Source: Candidatus Bathyarchaeia archaeon
GTDB lineage: Archaea > Thermoproteota > Bathyarchaeia > 40CM-2-53-6
Length of the DNA stretch: 49,785 bases
Assembly: GCA_049586635.1 (NCBI GenBank)
Contig: JBAVCK010000126.1
Coordinates: forward strand, 1 to 49,785
Direction: 5' to 3'
Under the pieces are notes generated by a model that was not told the DNA's origin, searched no databases, and saw nothing but the letters and a program-made list of their open reading frames with translations. The position numbers were made by a program, and so were the translations under genes. Numbering within the stretch: position 1 is the stretch's first letter; the number at the start of each line of letters is the position of its first letter. This document shows, piece after piece, positions 43,752 through 49,785 of the stretch.

Positions 43752-44654
43752 ATGGCGAACAACTTCAAGCTCCGAGGCATTGTAACAGCCCTTGTGACAC
43801 CTTTTACACAGAACGGTGAGGTTGACGAAGAAGCATTACGCGAAATTGTTCAATTCCAGTTGAGAAGCAGAGTCAACGGGTTCTACCCCCTTGGAACTAC
43901 TGGGATGGGTCCGGCGATGGAGACGAGTGAGAGAAAACGAGTTGCGGAGGTTGTTGTGAAAGAAACGAATGGCCGCGTCCCGGTCATCGTGCAGATAGGC
44001 GCATCTGACCCGAACGCTAGTCTAGAACTGGCACGCCACGCTGAGAAGATTGGGGCCGACGCCGTGGCCAGCCTGACCCCGTTCTACTATCATCCGGGGG
44101 AGGATGCAATTATCGAGTACTATGAGAAAATATCCCGCGCCACGGACCTCCCCTTGTTTGTCTACAATATCCCCCCAAATACAGGGTTCAATGTCAACGC
44201 CAAGCTACTCGAGAGGCTGAGTAGGATTCCGAAAGTTGTTGGAATCAAGGATAGCAGCGGCGATTTCACGCAGCTGTTGGATTATCTGCGCATAGTCCCC
44301 GATGAGTTCAATGTCATCACTGGAACGGACTCGTACTTGTTTTCAGCCTTCTGCGCCGGCCTTCACGGAGGCGTGTCGGCGATTGCGAACGCTTTTCCCG
44401 AACATTTTGTTGAATTGTACGAAGCGTACAAAGCGAAAGATTTGGAGAAAGGAAAGACTGTGCAAATGAAAATGCGCGCAATTCGCAATGCGTTGTCTAC
44501 ACCTCCTATTGCACCCATCCTGGAAACTCTGAAGATGAGGGGGCTGAGGAGCGGCTACGTGAGGCTCCCGCTACGACGGATGCACCCTCAGGAGATAGAA
44601 GCCCTGCGCGCCACAGTGAACCACATTCTACCAGAATTGAAGCTAAGAAGCTAA
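43752..44654 (+). CDS. DapA-family class I aldolase (4-hydroxy-tetrahydrodipicolinate synthase / KDG-aldolase-like)
   Basis: LRGIVTALVTPF, GTTGMGP, FVYNIPPNTG and GIKDSSGD (Schiff-base Lys). The start was chosen at the ATG at 43752, because the ORF's upstream 26 codons look non-native. Confidence 0.85.
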   Translation: MANNFKLRGIVTALVTPFTQNGEVDEEALREIVQFQLRSRVNGFYPLGTTGMGPAMETSERKRVAEVVVKETNGRVPVIVQIGASDPNASLELARHAEKIGADAVASLTPFYYHPGEDAIIEYYEKISRATDLPLFVYNIPPNTGFNVNAKLLERLSRIPKVVGIKDSSGDFTQLLDYLRIVPDEFNVITGTDSYLFSAFCAGLHGGVSAIANAFPEHFVELYEAYKAKDLEKGKTVQMKMRAIRNALSTPPIAPILETLKMRGLRSGYVRLPLRRMHPQEIEALRATVNHILPELKLRS

Positions 44655-45748
44655 GGCCGACTCGCAGCAAAGGCATCCAAGGTATCCTTCGCTGCCCGTT
44701 TCCCAGCTTTCTCCTCTAAGCCGGATAACCTGACACCGAGAAGTCGTACCTTCTTTGGATGATTCTTGAACTCTTCTGCGAGAAATCGTATTGATTCGAC
44801 GATTGCGTCCTTGTTCGAAGCTGTGAATCGCAGTGTTTTTGCTCGGGTATAAGTCTCGAAGCCCACGAACCTAATCTTCAGCGTTACGGTACGAAAGGAC
44901 ATGCTTTCGTCAATCAATCTCTTGTAGACAAGGTCGATCAGGTCGAGGAGTTGACGATCTATTGCAGCCCAATCATCCGTGTCGATGTCAAACGTGTGCT
45001 CGGCCCCAATGGATTTCATAATATAATTTTCTTGAACTTCCACCTGCTCCTCGCCGTTGGCTATGGCCCAGAGCCAGACTGCGGATTTGCCGAACTCTTT
45101 GAGGAGGTTTTTCGGTGGGTATTTCGCAAGGTCACCTATGGTGTTGATTCCAAGTTGGTTGAGCCTCAGTTCTGTCTTCTTTCCAACCCCGCTTATCTTG
45201 GAAACTGGTAGTGGAGCGAGGAACTCCTTGACATGAGCGGGTTCCACGTACGTTAGGCCATCAGGCTTCTTGAAATCTGAAGCTATCTTCGCAGTAGATT
45301 TGTTCGGAGCTATTCCGATAGAGCAGGTGAGCCCCTCATGTTCCTTGACGTCAGCTTTAATCAGCTTAGCCAGTTCAATAGGGATACCATAACGTTTGCT
45401 GCCTTCAGTCACATCCAAGTAGGCTTCGTCTATGCTCACCTGCTCAAATCTATCAGCATACTTCTTGATTCGCTCCATAACATCTGCGGAAACTTGCCCG
45501 TATAATGCGAGGTTGGGTGGAACATACACTCCTTGCGGGCATAGCCTGTAAGCTCTAGAAATGGGCTGGCCCGAGTGAAGCCCAAACTTTCTCGCTTCAT
45601 AGGAACAGGCAACAACAACGCCCCTGCCCTTTCCCGCTTTAGGATCGGCGCCAATAATGAGTGGGACGCCACGTAGAGATGGGTTCTCCCTTTGTTCCAC
45701 CGAAGCATAGAAAGCATCCAAATCAACGTGAAATATGACGCGCGCCAA
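44651..45748 (-). CDS. dinB: Y-family DNA polymerase IV (Dpo4/DinB-like)
   Basis: IFHVDLDAFYASVEQ, SIDEAYLDVT, SIGIAPNK and PVSKISGVGKKT motifs. Confidence 0.9.
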   Translation of the reverse strand: MARVIFHVDLDAFYASVEQRENPSLRGVPLIIGADPKAGKGRGVVVACSYEARKFGLHSGQPISRAYRLCPQGVYVPPNLALYGQVSADVMERIKKYADRFEQVSIDEAYLDVTEGSKRYGIPIELAKLIKADVKEHEGLTCSIGIAPNKSTAKIASDFKKPDGLTYVEPAHVKEFLAPLPVSKISGVGKKTELRLNQLGINTIGDLAKYPPKNLLKEFGKSAVWLWAIANGEEQVEVQENYIMKSIGAEHTFDIDTDDWAAIDRQLLDLIDLVYKRLIDESMSFRTVTLKIRFVGFETYTRAKTLRFTASNKDAIVESIRFLAEEFKNHPKKVRLLGVRLSGLEEKAGKRAAKDTLDAFAASRP

Positions 45749-45766
45749 CTTGACTCCAACATTAGA

Positions 45767-46582
45767 CTAGCGTGATTTGGAAAAGTCGAAGAGAGTTTTC
45801 TGCGGACCCTGAGCTTCTTTCAAGCCTGACCAATCAAGCTGCACCAGCCCCATTAGCCTCCTGAATTCGTTCACGGAGGCAGGGCCAAAACCGGCGAAGT
45901 GGTTATTGAAGAAAATGAACCGGTCCTTAACCTCATCACCAACCTCTTGCAGTGTCTGACTCCAGGTCTTTGTGACCTTAGATTGATCCTTCTGTACCTT
46001 CCCGAATTTGGTGAGTTCTCGGTCCCCGACGAAGCGCATGTAGACGAAGTCTGAGGTCACGATAGGCGGCGTTGTCAAGTACTGGTTAACTGACCAGACT
46101 TGGCAGATGTTCCTGTTTCGGAGCAGCTTTTCCACGGTCGGATTAAACCAGGATTTGTGGCGGAATTCTATAGCGTACTTATACTGTGGGTCAAGGGTTC
46201 CGATAAAGTCGGCTAAGGCCTTCTCATGCTTAGGAATTTTGAAGGATGGTGGGAGCTGTACCACGAATGGCCCAAGCTTCTCCCTCAACTGAGCTAAGGT
46301 TCTGACGAAGTGCTCAAGATAGGATGAAACATCCTTCAGGTGCTGGTCGTGTGTAATGCGTTTCGGTAGCTTCGGCGCGAACAAGAAACCCGATGGGGTA
46401 GCACTATTCCATTGTTGCACCATCCCTGGGGAAGGCGCGCGGTAAAAAGTGGAATCAATCTCTACACAATCAAAGACACCCGAATACAGTTTCAAGTAAC
46501 CGTGAGGCGTAGTATCCTTTGGGTAGAATGGCCCGACCCAATCGGGGTATGACCAGCCACTGCACCCTATCCTAATACCCAA
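45767..46582 (-). CDS. DUF72-family protein
   Basis: IRIGCSGWSYPDWVGPFYP...FDCVEIDSTFY is the typical DUF72 N-terminus. 271 aa. Confidence 0.85.
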   Translation of the reverse strand: MGIRIGCSGWSYPDWVGPFYPKDTTPHGYLKLYSGVFDCVEIDSTFYRAPSPGMVQQWNSATPSGFLFAPKLPKRITHDQHLKDVSSYLEHFVRTLAQLREKLGPFVVQLPPSFKIPKHEKALADFIGTLDPQYKYAIEFRHKSWFNPTVEKLLRNRNICQVWSVNQYLTTPPIVTSDFVYMRFVGDRELTKFGKVQKDQSKVTKTWSQTLQEVGDEVKDRFIFFNNHFAGFGPASVNEFRRLMGLVQLDWSGLKEAQGPQKTLFDFSKSR

Positions 46583-46731
46583 GGCCGCCAGACCAGATTA
46601 ATCGCCTGCCTTAGAAGGATTTTCCACCTCTGGGGCTCTTGGGAAGGCGCAGCTTGCAGTAGTCAGAACTTGCTGACCAGCAAGCTTTACTTCAACAGCT
46701 GGCCCTTCCAAGGAAAAGGATAACGGGAAAA

Positions 46732-47454
46732 TTGACCGTTTTGGAGTCCGCAAGCCATCGTAGGAAAGAATCTGAGGATGAGTCAGGCGGGGCTTTTCGG
46801 AAGACCCTCCAAATATCGACCGTGGGCGAGGATTCAGAAGGAGTCTTAGCCGGGGTAAGAAACGCGCCCGCGAATAAGCTTGCGTTGATTTGTTATGACC
46901 GCGACAAGGAGGGAGTTAGGCGCTTGGCAACGCGCATAACAGAGACACTCAAGGCCGAAGTCGAGGTTTACGACACGATTAGGCCTGAACACTCCTACAA
47001 GGACATCATGCAGGTCTTCTCAGAAATTGTCGAAAAGAACAAGGATCGGTTTGATGATTTCCTGCTGAACGTTAGCAGTGGCGATAAGATGATTTGCATC
47101 GCCGCCGCCGTCACCTCGTTCATTCTGGGTTTCAAAGCGTTCTTCTGCAAAGGGGATGAGTGCGTCATGCTTCCCCCAATGAAGCTCAGTTACACTGAAT
47201 TGGTTTCGGACGTGAAGTTGAACATACTCAGAGCATTGGACAAAGCCGGGGGAGAAGTTGAAAGCCTAGACGAGTTGAGCAAGCTTACAAACTACGGTAA
47301 ACCCCTACTCAGTTACCATATTCACGGCTCGGAGGATGCACGCGGCTTAATTGACCTCGGCCTCGCCCAAGCCACTAGGCATTCTAGGGGAAAGACCAAG
47401 GTCAAGTTGACTACTCTTGGAAAGATGTTGTTGGTTGAGAAAATCAAGACATAA
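46732..47454 (+). CDS. Rossmann-like (CARF/Csa3-like, DUF6293-type) domain + C-terminal winged-helix regulator
   Basis: The N-terminal alpha/beta domain (LQISTVGEDSEGVLAGVRN...LLNVSSGDKMICIAAAV) is followed by a wHTH (KLNILRALDKAGGEVESLDELSKLTNYGKPLLSYHI). The family assignment is by pattern only. Confidence 0.5.
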   Translation: MTVLESASHRRKESEDESGGAFRKTLQISTVGEDSEGVLAGVRNAPANKLALICYDRDKEGVRRLATRITETLKAEVEVYDTIRPEHSYKDIMQVFSEIVEKNKDRFDDFLLNVSSGDKMICIAAAVTSFILGFKAFFCKGDECVMLPPMKLSYTELVSDVKLNILRALDKAGGEVESLDELSKLTNYGKPLLSYHIHGSEDARGLIDLGLAQATRHSRGKTKVKLTTLGKMLLVEKIKT

Positions 47455-47476
47455 AACATAAGGAGGCTTCTTTCAA

Positions 47477-48100
47477 GTGCTCACTTTCTATCAGGAACCA
47501 TTCAGCCACTGGTGCATTAAAGCCAAGAAAATCATGGACTACAAGAAGATCAAATACCAGACGAAAAATGTCGGCTACCATGATAAGAGGGAGCTCATCA
47601 ACGCAACTGGCCAAGACTATGTTCCGGCCATAGTGATCGATGGCCAAATCGTGACCTACCCCGACATTCCAGACTTCTTGGAAAAATTCCAACCCAACCC
47701 TACGATTTACCCCGACGGAACCAAAGCTTTGACGAAAGCGATCGAAAACTGGGCGCACTACCGCCTTGAGGAAATCGTATGGCGCTACGCTGTCGTCGAT
47801 TTCCCCAAGACATTCAAAGACGATTTGGAGCGCTGGGTCTTCGTCGAAATCCAAGAATTGAAGCGCGGTCCGCTCCAACTCATGGAGGTCAGACGACCCG
47901 AATTCAAGGTCGACATGGAGGCTCATTTCCAAATCATTGAGGATATGTTAAAGGCGCACCGCTTCCTCGTGTCCGATAAGCCAAGCCTGGCTGACTTCGC
48001 GGTCTTCGGAGCAGTTAACCCACTCGTCTACTCAGGAAACCGGTTCCCTGAACGGTTCACTAAGCTAAGCGCATGGTACGAGTCCATAGACCACATTTGA
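47477..48100 (+). CDS. glutathione S-transferase-like / glutaredoxin-2-like protein
   Basis: An N-terminal thioredoxin-like half (LTFYQEPFSHWCIKAKKIM...YVPAIVIDGQIV) and a C-terminal GST helix bundle (DKPSLADFAVFGAVNP). GTG start. Confidence 0.65.
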   Translation: MLTFYQEPFSHWCIKAKKIMDYKKIKYQTKNVGYHDKRELINATGQDYVPAIVIDGQIVTYPDIPDFLEKFQPNPTIYPDGTKALTKAIENWAHYRLEEIVWRYAVVDFPKTFKDDLERWVFVEIQELKRGPLQLMEVRRPEFKVDMEAHFQIIEDMLKAHRFLVSDKPSLADFAVFGAVNPLVYSGNRFPERFTKLSAWYESIDHI

Positions 48101-48124
48101 TTTCCCCGTCGGCGGCTGTTGAGA

Positions 48125-49003
48125 CTAGGCCTCAGGCCTGAAGACGATAGATACTTCACCGATAGGCTCAACAATCGCCCATACTGTTTCGAGCAACTTT
48201 CTGCGCAAATTCTCAGTCTCCGTAACAGTCTTCGAACCGTCAACCAGCACAGCGATTATCCCAGTGAGGTAGGGCCCGGAAGGCCGTAGCCTTATGCTCG
48301 CTACACCTCGTACCCCTTCCACTGTCTTGAGCGCGGCCGCCAATGCAGATGTCAGTTCGGGGCTCTCACAGGCGTCCAGCAAGACCAGGGAGGATTCTCT
48401 GAATGCGATGTAGGCGACGCCGAAAATGTATATCGCGATTATCATGCCGCCAACTGCGTCAAGTTCGCGGATGCCAAGTGATGCACCTAGAACACTAACG
48501 AAGACAACGAATGACGCTGTTCCATCCTTAATCGAATTATTGGCATCTGTCCGTAGCGATAGCAGCCCATACTTATTCGCAATCCCCCTCATCTGAAATG
48601 CGCGGTACATTGAGATTGTTCCACACACGAGAACGGTCGCGAGAGCAATCGTCGGAAATACGATGGGCCTTGGGTTCAGGAACGTCAAATATGACTGAAG
48701 CATGACGTACGCCGCGAGGCCAACCATCCCGATTGACACAACAAGTGCCGATAGACTCTCAACCTTTTGGTAGCCGAAATGAAAACGCGCATCCGGCCGC
48801 CTTCGGGAATAATGCAATCCAAGCCATACGATCAGAGAGATAACAGAGTCAGAAACTGAGTCAAGCCCGTCTGCTTTGAGCCCTAGGCTGCCGGTCCAAT
48901 ATCCGACCGTTAGTTCTACTATCCCTATGCCGAGCAGGGTGATTACGGAGAGCTTAGCGATTCGTTCGCCAGCTTGAAATGCTTCCGCCGAAGCCGAGGA
49001 CAC
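48125..49003 (-). CDS. cation diffusion facilitator (CDF) family metal efflux transporter
   Basis: 292 aa with 6 TM helices, LKADGLDSVSDSV (TM2 metal site), NNSIKDG (TM5), and a C-terminal cytoplasmic domain. Confidence 0.85.
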   Translation of the reverse strand: MSSASAEAFQAGERIAKLSVITLLGIGIVELTVGYWTGSLGLKADGLDSVSDSVISLIVWLGLHYSRRRPDARFHFGYQKVESLSALVVSIGMVGLAAYVMLQSYLTFLNPRPIVFPTIALATVLVCGTISMYRAFQMRGIANKYGLLSLRTDANNSIKDGTASFVVFVSVLGASLGIRELDAVGGMIIAIYIFGVAYIAFRESSLVLLDACESPELTSALAAALKTVEGVRGVASIRLRPSGPYLTGIIAVLVDGSKTVTETENLRRKLLETVWAIVEPIGEVSIVFRPEA

Positions 49004-49073
49004 AAGCTACATGACATAGTGCTTTTACTTATTAAATCGGACTAAGCGAATCGAGACCTCGAGTGAATATGCG

Positions 49074-49631
49074 TTGCAGGTCCATCACAGTTCGAGAATC
49101 AGGGATTCGCCGTCAGTTTGGATGTCTGCGATTCTTGTCATCCTATATTTCGGCATGGGAATTGCTGGAGGTAACATTCTCTCTCTGAATTACGATATGT
49201 TCTATCCTCTAGCCCAAGTGAACGCGGACGTTTGGCGGGGGGCAGTTTGGATGTTGTTTACAGCCATGTTTCTGCATGCGAACCCAACCCATGTAGGGGG
49301 AAACGTACTCTTCTTGTTGATATTCGGAACTTCCTTGGAAGAACAAGTCTCTACGAAAAAGTGGCTGACAACGTATTTCGCGAGTGGGCTTGCAGGTAAC
49401 ATCGCCTTCCTTTTCCTAGGAGGGAACGCTATCGGCGTTGGTGCTTCGGGCGCGATATGGGGTCTGCTCGGTGCAGCCGGAGGGGTAAAAGGTCTCGTGG
49501 GAATGGTCTTTTTCATTGGCCTCGACATTTTCGCAGGGGGCGGTTTCCTGGCCCACGCAGGCGGATTAGTTGTTGGCTTAGCCCTTCACTATTCTTGGCT
49601 CAAGAAAGCGTCGTTAGGAACTGGCAGCTAA
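49074..49631 (+). CDS. rhomboid-family intramembrane serine protease
   Basis: HANPTHVGGNVLFLLIFG (TM2 H/N region), catalytic GASGAIWGLLG, and a downstream AHAGG (catalytic His). Confidence 0.85.
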   Translation: MQVHHSSRIRDSPSVWMSAILVILYFGMGIAGGNILSLNYDMFYPLAQVNADVWRGAVWMLFTAMFLHANPTHVGGNVLFLLIFGTSLEEQVSTKKWLTTYFASGLAGNIAFLFLGGNAIGVGASGAIWGLLGAAGGVKGLVGMVFFIGLDIFAGGGFLAHAGGLVVGLALHYSWLKKASLGTGS

Positions 49632-49671
49632 TGCGTTCTCATATATACAATGAAACGGGAACGGTTTACTC

Positions 49672-49785
49672 ATGAGCTCCGAGCCTAGGATGCGCGGTAC
49701 AAGATTCCGCAGGCCATCCACTAAGAAACACTCAAAGGAAAGGAGAGAAGAACACGAAACTTCGGTATTCTACCAAGAAGCAACA
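49672..49785 (+). CDS. start of an ORF running off the window (basic N-terminus), tentative
   Basis: The frame starting at the ATG at 49672 stays open to the window end: MSSEPRMRGTRFRRPSTKKHSKERREEHETSVFYQEAT... Confidence 0.2.
   Translation, partial: MSSEPRMRGTRFRRPSTKKHSKERREEHETSVFYQEAT

Noticed and set aside
1-49785. Search for CRISPR arrays, rRNA genes, transposases/integrases, toxin-antitoxin pairs or restriction-modification genes
   Set aside because: No regularly spaced direct repeats, no rRNA-like sequence and no DDE/tyrosine/serine recombinase motifs were recognised on either strand. Their absence is based on reading by eye only.

Overview
This is a chromosomal window from an archaeon, about 50% GC by eye. 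It is probably a TACK/Thermoproteota lineage (Aigarchaeota/Caldarchaeales- or Bathyarchaeia-like). Three things support that: all four tRNA genes carry introns, several at non-canonical positions and three with two introns each; many genes use GGAGG Shine-Dalgarno sites and TTG/GTG starts; and eukaryote-like signature proteins are present. Most of the window is ordinary housekeeping and membrane biology. This includes two class I/II aminotransferases, inositol-3-phosphate synthase, phosphoglycerate kinase, ribose-5-P isomerase, acyl-CoA dehydrogenase, a DapA-family aldolase, a Y-family DNA polymerase, an M1 aminopeptidase, two ABC exporters, a CDF transporter, a rhomboid protease, thiol-redox proteins, and a BlaI/BlaR1-like pair. 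The stand-out is a co-directional cluster at about 35.8-40.6 kb encoding a complete eukaryote-type ubiquitylation toolkit. Its parts are a JAMM/Rpn11-like isopeptidase, a small beta-grasp ubiquitin-like protein ending exactly in Gly-Gly-stop, a UBC-fold E2 with an HPN motif and catalytic Cys, and a ThiF/UBA-type E1. The core gene order (JAMM, Ubl, E2, E1, zinc-finger protein) matches my recollection of the Caldiarchaeum subterraneum operon order, which should be verified. This version has features I have not seen described. The JAMM domain is fused to a polytopic DUF998-like membrane domain. The E1 carries its own N-terminal ubiquitin-like domain. The E2 has a C-terminal tail with a duplicated ADDIVRF[ND] peptide. 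In place of a small RING protein, the cluster is bracketed by two paralogous proteins that combine a RanBP2/NZF-like zinc ribbon with a B-box-2-like cross-brace zinc finger, and one of them is membrane-anchored. Secondary observations are two classical C2H2 zinc-finger mini-proteins, two adjacent decayed genes (HAD hydrolase and Lrp/AsnC), and an orphan tRNA 3'-end fragment with a thrice-repeated about 24-nt motif next to an Hjc-like nuclease. I saw no CRISPR array, rRNA, transposase or integrase. All calls come from reading motifs by eye; no database search was run.
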